Assembly: GCA_963662285.2 (NCBI GenBank)
Contig: CAXXMV010000008.1
Span: 1,344,001 to 1,408,000, forward strand
From: a bacterium
GTDB taxonomy: Bacteria > Hinthialibacterota > Hinthialibacteria > Hinthialibacterales > Hinthialibacteraceae
Length of the DNA: 64,000 nucleotides
Direction: 5' to 3'
The first letter of the stretch is position 1. Each line of letters starts with the position of its first letter. Under the pieces are notes generated by a model. It was not told the DNA's origin. It did not search any database and worked only from the letters and a program-made list of their open reading frames with translations. The position numbers and the translations under genes are program-made. This document shows positions 51,696 to 61,589 of this stretch, one piece after another.

Positions 51696-52751
51696 ATGAA
51701 ATCCCGAATTACTATTCTTTTATGCGCTGTTGTAATGACGGCGGTAGCAATGGATTCGGTCGCTCAGATTCAAATTGGCGGTATCATGCGTGATGAGTAC
51801 TCATTAGGACTTACCCCCTCAATCAAAAGCGCTGGAATGGGCGGCGCCTATGTGGCGGTTGATAAGAACTTTTCCATGAATCCAGCGGCGCTGGGCGGCA
51901 TCCAGGGGATTGAAGGAACCATGTCTTATGGTTTCTATGATCACGACGCTGGGCCATCCGGTCATAGAGGAAAAATGGACGTCGCATTCAAAAATCCATT
52001 AGCCAGCGTGGTTACAGAATGGTTTCCCGTGCTTGAATTTTTGAACACTAACGGCATCCGGTTAATGTTGGATGGAGTTGGCAGCGATGGCGCAGGAACC
52101 TCTAAACTACGCGACGCCGCAGGAAACCCAATGGATATTGATTTCGATTCAATGACCTTCGGGATGCATTCTGGAGTTGACATCTGCGATTGGCTCTCTA
52201 TCGGATCAGGTATGTATCCTTATGAAAAATCCAATGTAGAACTCACCGGACCGGGCGGAAAACTGGATGGCGAAGGCCTTTCCCAATTTGGCAGCATGCA
52301 ATACGGCGCTATCGTCAGACCATGCGATTTCATCCACTTTGGCGCTGAATTTATTTACATCAAAGATGATCTGGAAGTAAATACCCCCGCCGGACACATG
52401 GGAGATTATTTCTACATCAATTATTTCGCCCTGGGCGCGGCCATCATGCCCTTTGACGGAACTATTATCGCTGTCGATTATTGGAACGGCGAGATCGAAG
52501 GCTCCATCGATAACACCACCCGCTTCGATCAGGACGTAGACCGCTGGAACGTCGGCGTACAGCAAAAAGTATGCGACTACTGCGACCTGCGCGTTGGTTC
52601 AAACAACGGCGGATTAACGGCTGGCGCCACTTTCCATATCAATGAAAACATGGAATTAGATTACGCCTACGTAAATCAAGCGTTACGCGACAAAGAAAAC
52701 ATCTTCGGCGACACCCAATACCACGGCATTTCCTTCACCGCTCGTTTCTGA
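51696..52751 (+). CDS. Outer membrane beta-barrel protein (FadL/OmpP1/PorV-like)
   Basis: Signal peptide; SAGMGGAYVAV..NPAAL hatch motif; amphipathic strands; C-terminal HGISFTARF with terminal Phe. Confidence 0.75.
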   Translation: MKSRITILLCAVVMTAVAMDSVAQIQIGGIMRDEYSLGLTPSIKSAGMGGAYVAVDKNFSMNPAALGGIQGIEGTMSYGFYDHDAGPSGHRGKMDVAFKNPLASVVTEWFPVLEFLNTNGIRLMLDGVGSDGAGTSKLRDAAGNPMDIDFDSMTFGMHSGVDICDWLSIGSGMYPYEKSNVELTGPGGKLDGEGLSQFGSMQYGAIVRPCDFIHFGAEFIYIKDDLEVNTPAGHMGDYFYINYFALGAAIMPFDGTIIAVDYWNGEIEGSIDNTTRFDQDVDRWNVGVQQKVCDYCDLRVGSNNGGLTAGATFHINENMELDYAYVNQALRDKENIFGDTQYHGISFTARF

Positions 52752-52758
52752 TTCTAAC

Positions 52759-52792
52759 ACAGGATGGGTCAGTCAGTACTGGCTCATCCTGT
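52759..52792 (+). terminator. Hairpin after the barrel gene (terminator or REP derivative)
   Basis: ACAGGATGGGTCAGT-CAGT-ACTGGCTCATCCTGT, a 15-bp stem with G-U pairs; no strong U tract. Confidence 0.5.
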
Positions 52793-53013
52793 TATACTGA
52801 TTTTCACCAACGGTGGCATGATCACCAAGATTATGGCTAAGAGTATCTAAAACCTTAAGATACAGCATCAAGGGCTGGACGCAATGAGCACCAGGAAAAG
52901 GACGACTCGACAGACGTGACATGCCAAAAATTCAACCCAATCTAGAAAAAAACTCATAAATCTGGCAATCTCTCCATAAATAGATTTATTCTATAACTCA
53001 GAGGGCTTCGATC

Positions 53014-53556
53014 ATGACCAAACCAAGAGGGTTCACGCTGATTGAATTGCTTATCGTCGTCGCCATCATTGGAGTTCTGGCCGCCATAGCCGTTCCCAAT
53101 TTTCTCCAGGCTCATACCAAGGCGCAGGTTACCGCCGTGATATCGGAGATGAAGGTCTTGGAACAGCAGTTGCGTATATACTGGTTGGATTTCGGACGTC
53201 CTCCAGTCTCGGATTACATCAAAGGCAAAAACAGCATCGTAGGCATCTCGACGCCAGTGGCCTATATGCCCAATATCCCAACCGATCCTTTCAGGGCGGA
53301 CCGGCAGGATTACAAGGAAGCCTATGGCTATTTCTACAATTATTGGTATAACGAAGAAGACCCGTCCAAACGCTATAACCGGGGCGGCACGGAATGGAAT
53401 AGCCAGGGCTGGGTACTGTATCTATACTCGCTGGGTCCCAATTTCGACGACAATACCCGTTGGGTCACCTACAACCCATCCAACGGCATCCGCTCCACCG
53501 GAGTAGTCCGCCTCTTCACCCCCAAGCGAACCGAGGATTGGCAGGATTTGTTGTAG
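53014..53556 (+). CDS. Prepilin-type N-terminal cleavage/methylation domain protein (GspG-like pseudopilin)
   Basis: RG|FTLIELLIVVAIIGVLAAIAVPNF class III signal with Glu5; STPVAYM..IPTDPF; YSLGP; YNPSNG. Confidence 0.92.
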   Translation: MTKPRGFTLIELLIVVAIIGVLAAIAVPNFLQAHTKAQVTAVISEMKVLEQQLRIYWLDFGRPPVSDYIKGKNSIVGISTPVAYMPNIPTDPFRADRQDYKEAYGYFYNYWYNEEDPSKRYNRGGTEWNSQGWVLYLYSLGPNFDDNTRWVTYNPSNGIRSTGVVRLFTPKRTEDWQDLL

Positions 53557-53681
53557 TGATTCCAATGGGACACGTCGCAGAGGTGGTTTTGAGGATGAAA
53601 TTTGTTTTGCTTTGTCCCATCCTACGCGTTAGATTAAAGGATGAACAGGATTTTTTATACGAGGGATGCCCGCTATCAATC

Positions 53682-56000
53682 CTATTCCAGGTTGCGCAGA
53701 CATGAAACGACTATACGGATATCTTCATAGGATATCTCGCCATTGAGCAATTCGAAGATCGGCTTCAAGCGTTCTTCGTCAACCTGCATGGCGGCGTCGG
53801 TGATCCGTTTAGCTATATCAGGTTTGATCCAGGGCGAGGGATCGGTGATTTTGTTCTGCGCAATATAATCAAACAGGTATGTATAAACGGTTGAGATTTT
53901 ACGGTCTACTTTATTAACTACATAATCCAAAGATTTTCCTTGCGCAAAAAAGTCATGCGCCTGGATGGCGGTTGGATTATTCATAACCATCTTCATATCG
54001 TGTTCACCACCGATAGCCAGTTTCTTTTTGCGGCTGCGAATGGCGCCGACATCACGTTGCAATAATTTTGCAATTTCACTGATGGTTTTTCGATCCATCA
54101 GATGCGCAATTAATTGATCATCCTCTTTTTGACTCCAAGGTTCGTAGGCTCTTTCGGAGTGTTTTGGTTCTGCAAAAGCAGCTGATGTTTTCTCTTTAGA
54201 TTTGGCGAATGCTTCGGGGCGGGCTTTTTCCAAAGCCGCGAGAAACCGCTCGCCATACTTTTTGCATTTACTCTCACCCACTCCCTGCACGGCAAGGAAT
54301 TGAGCCAGATTGGCGGGGATGCGGCGCGCCATGTCGCGCAACGCGGCGTCGCCGAAAACCACGAAGGCGGGCACATCGTTTTCATTGGCGATTTCGCGGC
54401 GCACCTCGCGTAATATTTCAAACAGATCGCGGTCCACGCCTTCCCAGGAATCCTTAGCAGCCTTAGAGAGTTTGGCGGCTTTCTTGGCTGGTTGCAGAAG
54501 CCGGGGCGTTTCATTTCCCCGGATAACCCGCCAGCCCGCTTCGGTAACATTGAGAACGTTATAGTCTCCGGTTTTTTGCAGGTATCCCTGAGATATCAAT
54601 TGCTCGATCCAGTCGCGCACAATTCGTTTGTCATATTCGGATAAAAGGTTGTAAGTACTTAACTCGTCATGCTTGTTTTGCAGGATGCGTTTATCTTTAG
54701 AGCCAACTAACACCAGTGAGGTATATTCGCCGCCGAAACTCTGATCCAAACGCACTACGCATGACAATATCTTCTGAGAAATCACCAATGAATCTTTGAC
54801 GCAATCCAATTCATCCAGACATACATCACATGCGGAGCAATTCGGTTTATCCAAATCCTGATCGAAATACTGCAACAGCGCCTTGTGGCGGCAAGTAACG
54901 CCCGTGCAGTAGTTGAACATATCATTGACTTTATCCAGAGCGACTTTCTTTAATTCCGGCTCTGCGTCGCGCAGGATACTACTCCATATTCCATAATCTT
55001 TACTGGAGTAAAACAGGCAGCATTCGGCTTCAAGACCATCACGTCCCGCCCGACCGCTTTCCTGCTGATAATGCTCCAGCGATTTAGGCATTCCAGCATG
55101 GATCACATAACGGACATTTGATTTATCGATCCCCATACCAAAGGCCACCGTAGCGACGATAGTATCAACTTTATCCAGAATAAATGCTTCCTGGTTGCGC
55201 TTGCGCTGTACATCGCTCATCCCTGCGTGATAGGGACGCACTGCATAATCCAGGCGGCTCAGATCGGCGCACATCTGATCCACATCCTTACGCCGGATGC
55301 AGTAGATTATGCCCGACTCATTTTTGTGACGATCCATAACAGCGCAGACCTGTTGGAGAAGGTTGTTGGAACGTTCGGCCTTAAACACCAGATTGGGACG
55401 GTCAAATGAGCCAATCAGTATTTCAGGATTTTCAAGCTGCAATTGTTTGGAAATATCATCCCGCACCATACCAGTGGCCGTGGCGGTATATGCGTGGATG
55501 GCGACTCCCGGCAGCATAGTTTTCAACTGCCCCAACTGACGGTATTCAGGCCGGAAATCGTGCCCCCACATGCTGACGCAATGAGCCTCATCCACTGCGA
55601 TAAAAGATATCTTCTGTTTTTTGATAAAATCAATAAATCCATTGGCGAACATACGTTCCGGCGAGCAATACAATAGTTTAAGCGAACCATCCGCAATATC
55701 ATCGAACACCATGTTGCGTTCCTGCGGCAATTGGGCGCTATCAATGCGGGCTGCTGAAACGCCGCACTGGATCAGGGCGTCGACTTGATCTTTCATCAAT
55801 GAGATCAAGGGCGAAATAACCACCGCCATACCCGGCATAGTCACCGCCGGCGCCTGGAAACAGAGCGATTTCCCCCCTCCGGTAGGCAGGATAACCACCG
55901 AGTCGCGCCCGTCGCGGACGCTCTGCATAGCCTTCTCCTGCAAAGGCCGGTATTCATCATAACCCCAGTATTCTTTAAGCGCTTTTTGGATATTCCTCAT
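53682..56000 (-). CDS. recQ: ATP-dependent DNA helicase RecQ with HRDC and extra C-terminal HTH domains
   Basis: [51 protein letters not shown], Zn-binding C..C..CDVC, RQC, HRDC ([12 protein letters not shown]). ATG at 56000 preferred over 56048. Confidence 0.97.
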   Translation of the reverse strand: MRNIQKALKEYWGYDEYRPLQEKAMQSVRDGRDSVVILPTGGGKSLCFQAPAVTMPGMAVVISPLISLMKDQVDALIQCGVSAARIDSAQLPQERNMVFDDIADGSLKLLYCSPERMFANGFIDFIKKQKISFIAVDEAHCVSMWGHDFRPEYRQLGQLKTMLPGVAIHAYTATATGMVRDDISKQLQLENPEILIGSFDRPNLVFKAERSNNLLQQVCAVMDRHKNESGIIYCIRRKDVDQMCADLSRLDYAVRPYHAGMSDVQRKRNQEAFILDKVDTIVATVAFGMGIDKSNVRYVIHAGMPKSLEHYQQESGRAGRDGLEAECCLFYSSKDYGIWSSILRDAEPELKKVALDKVNDMFNYCTGVTCRHKALLQYFDQDLDKPNCSACDVCLDELDCVKDSLVISQKILSCVVRLDQSFGGEYTSLVLVGSKDKRILQNKHDELSTYNLLSEYDKRIVRDWIEQLISQGYLQKTGDYNVLNVTEAGWRVIRGNETPRLLQPAKKAAKLSKAAKDSWEGVDRDLFEILREVRREIANENDVPAFVVFGDAALRDMARRIPANLAQFLAVQGVGESKCKKYGERFLAALEKARPEAFAKSKEKTSAAFAEPKHSERAYEPWSQKEDDQLIAHLMDRKTISEIAKLLQRDVGAIRSRKKKLAIGGEHDMKMVMNNPTAIQAHDFFAQGKSLDYVVNKVDRKISTVYTYLFDYIAQNKITDPSPWIKPDIAKRITDAAMQVDEERLKPIFELLNGEISYEDIRIVVSCLRNLE

Positions 56001-56106
56001 ATTCCCAACATGTTCCTTAAAATCTACAGATGATTCACATTGGTACAATTATGCCTCATACCAACTAAGCGGGCAATGTGACCATATTTATGTTTAGACC
56101 GAAAGC

Positions 56107-56154
56107 AAAAAAAACCGTATACAGCAAGGGTGAAAATCCTATGCTGTATACGGT
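56107..56154 (-). terminator. Rho-independent terminator of the 56188..56943 gene
   Basis: Minus strand ACCGTATACAGCA..TGCTGTATACGGT perfect 13-bp stem followed by a T run. Confidence 0.8.
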
Positions 56155-56187
56155 GTATGGTAATTTTATGTTGCTATTCGCCTTGGG

Positions 56188-56943
56188 TTATTCAACCACC
56201 CGGCGGAAATCGAAGGTTGAGCAGACCAGTCTGGCGTTAGTCCAGCGTCCTCTAATTGTCTTGGTATTATCAGGCGAGTAGGCCACTAAACCAAGCAGCA
56301 CTTCTTTTCCCGCCCAGTCGCTCAATAGCGCGTTGTATGAATGAGAGATTATATTCTCTCTTTCCCTGGTTTCGGCGTCAGCGAATTCGCGGGGTCTCTT
56401 GTTTTCAAAATCAAGTTTATCCTGTCTCTCATGGATTTCACCCGACTTGACCCATTCATCATCAGAGGTTCCGGTGCGTTCGTATACATCAATATAGAAT
56501 TCAGTTGTAGTGGCCGTTTCGTTTTCATCCAGAGTTACAAAGTAATCAACCTCCAGCTGAATCCTTATTACTTTGGGCAATGTAACCTTATACATCCCTT
56601 TGACAAGATGACGGGTTGCATTGTCGTTGGCGGGGACATTGATATCCAGCGTAGTATCAACGCTGGACGGGTAACCTTCACGGTATGGTTGTCCGGGTGA
56701 TAATATTTGACCTTGTCCGGCGCCTTCTGATGCTTTACTGCTTTTGGATTGCAATTGGCTGGATTTGATAATGCGTTCGTCCGTATCAATCCAATTGATC
56801 TTTTCGAACTCACGATTAAGAAATCCCATCTCGAAAATTTTATGTTCCTGCTGTTTGGCATCTTCCTGGGCGGTCGCCGGGAGAATTGACAGCGCTAGAA
56901 CAAGCGAACTTAATATTAATGCATAGTAATTAGACTTATTCAT
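56188..56943 (-). CDS. Secreted hypothetical protein
   Basis: 251-aa ORF with Sec signal peptide (..LPATA|QE) and GAAAGGA RBS; beta-rich mature part. Confidence 0.75.
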   Translation of the reverse strand: MNKSNYYALILSSLVLALSILPATAQEDAKQQEHKIFEMGFLNREFEKINWIDTDERIIKSSQLQSKSSKASEGAGQGQILSPGQPYREGYPSSVDTTLDINVPANDNATRHLVKGMYKVTLPKVIRIQLEVDYFVTLDENETATTTEFYIDVYERTGTSDDEWVKSGEIHERQDKLDFENKRPREFADAETRERENIISHSYNALLSDWAGKEVLLGLVAYSPDNTKTIRGRWTNARLVCSTFDFRRVVE

Positions 56944-56961
56944 GGTTTTCCTTTCTTGATC

Positions 56962-58245
56962 TTAATCAAACAGACTGAATTCATCAACAAAACTGTCTTT
57001 CGGCAGAAGAATACGGTGATCCTGGTTTTGCGTACTATACAAATGCAGTTTCTGATCCTGTAATAACATGAAATAATTGCCGCTGGGGTGAAACGGTTGC
57101 AACAACAATGGGTTGAATGATGGGCTTTCTATGTTACGACTTGCTATGACTCCAATATAAATTCTCTGATCATATGGATCTGAATCCATACTGTGAATCT
57201 TGGCTTGGATAGTTTCATTCTCGTCAGTTATAGGAAAATGAATTAACGTACCTATATGAGACTCTGGCTGAGACCATTGACTATCCAAGTAAGCAGCCCG
57301 TATGCAGTAAGGCGATTCTATTAGTGCTTCATCTTCATATTGCAGTGTTTCAATGCATTTTTTCTCATAATTCATAAAATAGTATGGGTAATACCATTTT
57401 GATGAAATTAAATACAAATTCACTGCTTTATTATACTTACCATTTCCCTGATTCTTATTAACTTGAATTATGTCAAAGAATAGATAACTAGTTAATACTG
57501 ATAAACTTGTTGTTAAGTAAGATATACCTTGATAATCTTCGTTGATAAGTAAATCAGGATCGGTAAAGGCTTGGAATCTTTGTTGCTCCAAATCATAGAT
57601 ATATATATTACCATTCGTAGTTGATGCAAATGTAGATTTCAATGTGTTCTCGACCGAGATGATAGGATAATTTATTGGAGAATGTACACCCAATTTTGCT
57701 CCACTGTATTGATCATAAATCACGATTCGGTTTTCATCATTAATCAGATAAATATTTTCATTTTTAAGGATTGAATAAGGAGTTTGAACGGATAAACCAT
57801 TGTGGTTCCAAGCGGACTTGTCGGGTCGATCAAGAAAATGGATATAGTCTTCTACCTGATCGGGAAGGTTGTATTTTCCAGCGAACCAGCGTACGCGGTC
57901 ATTAATATCAAACAAAACCTTTCCTGCATCAATATCAATAACCGAATAAACCGCTGCGGATTGATCAACATTTTTATCCCAGTGAGCAGCCACCACAATT
58001 CTGGCTAATCCCTTATATTCAGAGTCCCTACCCCACTTGATAAAATGAACCGCGTTGGGCGTTTCAATGAACTGCTCAAGTTCCATTGTTTCGAAGTTAT
58101 AGAGATACACCCCATCGTTTCCTCCAACGGCTAGGGTATCGCCATCATAAGAGAAAACCGCATCTTGGATAGTCTCTAGCGGTAAAGCCATTGCGATGTT
58201 ACAACACAGGATCAGAAACATGCATGTTAGACGCAAGACTCTCAT
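56962..58245 (-). CDS. Secreted hypothetical protein, WD40/beta-propeller-like
   Basis: Signal peptide; DAVFSYDGDTLAVGGNDGVYLY (WD40-like blade); PFHPSGNYF; AAGGAG RBS. Confidence 0.7.
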   Translation of the reverse strand: MRVLRLTCMFLILCCNIAMALPLETIQDAVFSYDGDTLAVGGNDGVYLYNFETMELEQFIETPNAVHFIKWGRDSEYKGLARIVVAAHWDKNVDQSAAVYSVIDIDAGKVLFDINDRVRWFAGKYNLPDQVEDYIHFLDRPDKSAWNHNGLSVQTPYSILKNENIYLINDENRIVIYDQYSGAKLGVHSPINYPIISVENTLKSTFASTTNGNIYIYDLEQQRFQAFTDPDLLINEDYQGISYLTTSLSVLTSYLFFDIIQVNKNQGNGKYNKAVNLYLISSKWYYPYYFMNYEKKCIETLQYEDEALIESPYCIRAAYLDSQWSQPESHIGTLIHFPITDENETIQAKIHSMDSDPYDQRIYIGVIASRNIESPSFNPLLLQPFHPSGNYFMLLQDQKLHLYSTQNQDHRILLPKDSFVDEFSLFD

Positions 58246-58258
58246 TTAGATTCTCCTT

Positions 58259-61075
58259 CTACCACCACTGCGTAAACCTGAATTTCGTGCGTGGCATACC
58301 ATTCAAGTCGCCTAAACCCATATATAGATATGCCTCTTGACCACATTCAACAGCGCTTCCTAAGTCGCACTCGCTTGGATCATTATTAATTAGAAACGAG
58401 CTAACATATTTATTATCAGGCGTATTAGCATAATCATCTTGAATATCAAAACGCATTTCCGTGCTCCATTGCGTTAAATCGTTATTTAGACTTTTTGCAA
58501 TATATAGATAATATTTGCCATTATCTATACCTCTTGATAGCAAGATATAGGGCTCGTCTGATAAGTATTTGCTTTTTGTTACAGACGGGAGTTCTCTATA
58601 CTTATTAGTTGTAGAAGGTAAAAAAAGTGGAGTAGACCATCCTCCATTTGCAGGTTGACCAAAACTAGGAGTTGGGCTCACTGGAGGAATAAAGAACTTT
58701 TTCCAAGGACTATCTGTTGATGAATCATAACTATTCACACTCGTTTTCAAAGCACGCGCAACACAGATTGAAGATGGCCATTGAACCATTCCTCTAGTAG
58801 CTGCTTGTAGTAAGTCATATTCAAGTTCACCATCTGTATCTCTTGCTTCACAATACTGCAAAGATAAGTTTCTGTCATAAAAAACATACAAGTAGTTATC
58901 TTTTTCAATCAACCAGGGATGCCGTACTCCTACTCCATGTTGAGGAGGGGTATCAGTATCAAACCAATTATCATACGTTGGTTCTGGAATTGGCGTGCCT
59001 GGTCCTGGAGTACCTTCAGGATAAAGCCAATCTGTTTCTGACATAAAACACTCTATTAATGGACCCGGGGTTCTCTGTTGCCTTGGGGTAGGCGTTGTTG
59101 TCATCTCTGGCTTCATACTTACAATATCGAAATCAACTGCATTTTCAGAACGTGCATAGCCGATACGGGCGTAATTCGCATGAAGCCATATATTTGGATT
59201 GCTTGGATATTGATAAATCCCATAGGGTCTACCTCCATAATCATGCGTATCTTCTGCATGGAATACAGAATGGATGATCGGAGTAGACGACGCGTTTGCA
59301 CCAACGTTATGCGAAAACAATGCATTCATACGGACATACCAGTCACCCGGAGTGGGAGTGATAAAATCTTCTTGGTGAGCTAATGGTTCTAATACAGGGA
59401 AAGGCGTTCCTGTTGCCTGGGGAGATGGAGTTTGGGTTCCAACGTTTCTGTACATATAATCAGAGATGTTAGAAATATCCCTGGTTGCCATCCCTTTATC
59501 ATCATCATTGATCTGAATGGCAAAGGTTTTGGGAATCTGGTCATTATTCGAATTATATTGACCGCCCGTGATATAAGTATACCATTTACCATCGAATTTG
59601 ACTGGAGCATATTGGTTGTCCGGCACTGGTGAAAGTAAATCAGAGAAAGTCGCGGTTTCATAATCATAGTTGACATACAACTTAGGCCTTTTAGAAGTGA
59701 CTGACCCATCGTTTGTATAAATGCGAATTGCGTCAGTATCCGCACTTTGATCGCGCTTTAATAAGATGCCTTTTGTTTTAACATCATCTTCTGAATCATC
59801 AAGATGAGAATTTAGTATATTCGAGATATACAAATCCTGGAAATCACCTTCAAAATCGTAAGGTATAACAAGCCTATCAGAAGCGACGCTACTATCATAA
59901 TCACCTCCGGCTGTAGTCCAGTTTGCGCCATTCTTAGCTACCGTCCAAGTTGCATAGTTTTCTTCCCAATCACTAGTAACTTTATAGGCAGTAAATGCAG
60001 CATCAGATGATGTTCGGTTCTGATAGATATTAAATTCAAGAGATGAAGAAATAATATCACTGCCATTTGGAAGTGAACTTATATCAAAGCCGAACAGCAA
60101 CCGCTCATCATCGCTCCAACTAACGATACCAACAGAACCATTCACAGTACTACCATCCAACATTGTATCACGATCAGGATTAATCACGCCCAAGCCAGGA
60201 TCAATAACCAACCCCCCCTTCGGGGGCTTTAGCCAAATCGCCAAGACAAGCAGACATCTCTGCTACACCGGACGCATCCTTGTTCAACTGCCAAAGTTGG
60301 TTGGTGCGGATAGCGCTTTCTTCATCAAACGAATAGATGGGGTCACCCATGCTATCTAAAACATATGCGGTTACTGGACTCAATTTGTGTACTACCTTGT
60401 CATTCTTTACAAACTGTAAGGGTTCATCCAAGTTTTCAGTGTAAAGATCAACCTGCTTTTCGCCGAGACATGCATCACTGGTAATCCACACGCTAGGGAT
60501 GTCAAAACGCGCAGTAAGATAATCCTGCGCATCAAGAGTTCCTTGTTGAACATCACCCCTGATCTGTTTCATCAAATCCGCTCTGACAATAACATCCACT
60601 TTCAAGATATCGTGAATATACCGCACAGAGAGATCGACGTCAGGGAAAACGTTATACCAGTAAACCTGGTCGCCCTGCACCTCGATTTCCGACCAGTTCG
60701 GTTCGCCCCAGTCAAAGGCATGGAAGGCTCCATTACGGCGAACGCCCATACCAGAGAATGGTATGTGAAGACGTCGCCTTCATGCTCCGCCTGGAAAAGG
60801 CCATTAGCGTTCACCTTCAGATTCCAGATGCCCTTAATGACTTCATAATCCCAATCGGGATCATCGGAAAACTCCAGGTTGGTATTAACCTCCTGAAATA
60901 TTCCCGCTTTATCCTGGTAATACTTGGGATAACTCAGGAACGTCATAGTTCCCGGCCCGGTTTGCTCAGCATACTCCGTTACTGGCTGGGGATAGATATC
61001 CTGAGCATGACTTACAGCCACCCCCGCGAATACGAGGCTCAACATACAGCTGATTCCTACAAGGCGTCTAATCAT
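58259..61075 (-). pseudogene. Large secreted DNRLRE/CBM96-like domain protein (~938 aa) interrupted by two compensating frameshifts (pseudogene, phase-variable gene or assembly error)
   Basis: ATG at 61075 with AGGAGG and a signal peptide. Track ORFs 60602..61240, 60201..60749 and 58259..60244 join if one base is added near 60757 and one G removed from the G7 run at 60212-60218. The distal part has RLLFGFDISSLP..VTSDWEE..ATW..W.TAGGD..KRPKLYVNY. Confidence 0.75.
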
Positions 61076-61589
61076 TGATGCACCTCCTGATATTGTTTGC
61101 ACACAAAAATATGTGCAAATTATACGCAAAGCGTATTTTTCAGTAGTATTAAGAAAATACTGATAAGTCAGATAATCCGGGATTCCCCAAAAAAAAGCAA
61201 AAAGATACCCTGTAATAAGCATCATATAGAAAAGATGCATATCCAGAAATTTTATTGTAATATTTTATGAAACAAGAAATGCAATATAAACAAAACCAGA
61301 TAATAGCCCCTATTTATCTAATTTTGTATAAATTATACTATATTTTAATTTATTTATATTGTCAACAATAAAATGTTTAAATATGCATTTAAAAATAACT
61401 CAATGGATACAATTATAAAGTACTACGTATATTGCAATACATCTCATAACATGTAAAAACACAAGGATATACATGGCAAGCATAATGAGGCATATTCAAA
61501 CTAAACTTTATTGAAAAATCGAGAAAAAGAGTTGGAGTTGATCCAATTCCGCTCTTAAGCAGGAGAAGATCAGGTGAGAAAAATCTATC

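Noticed and set aside
61076-61240. Upstream extension of the 60602..61240 ORF
   Set aside because: The strong AGGAGG RBS and signal peptide place the start at 61075; the extension is AT-rich promoter-region sequence.
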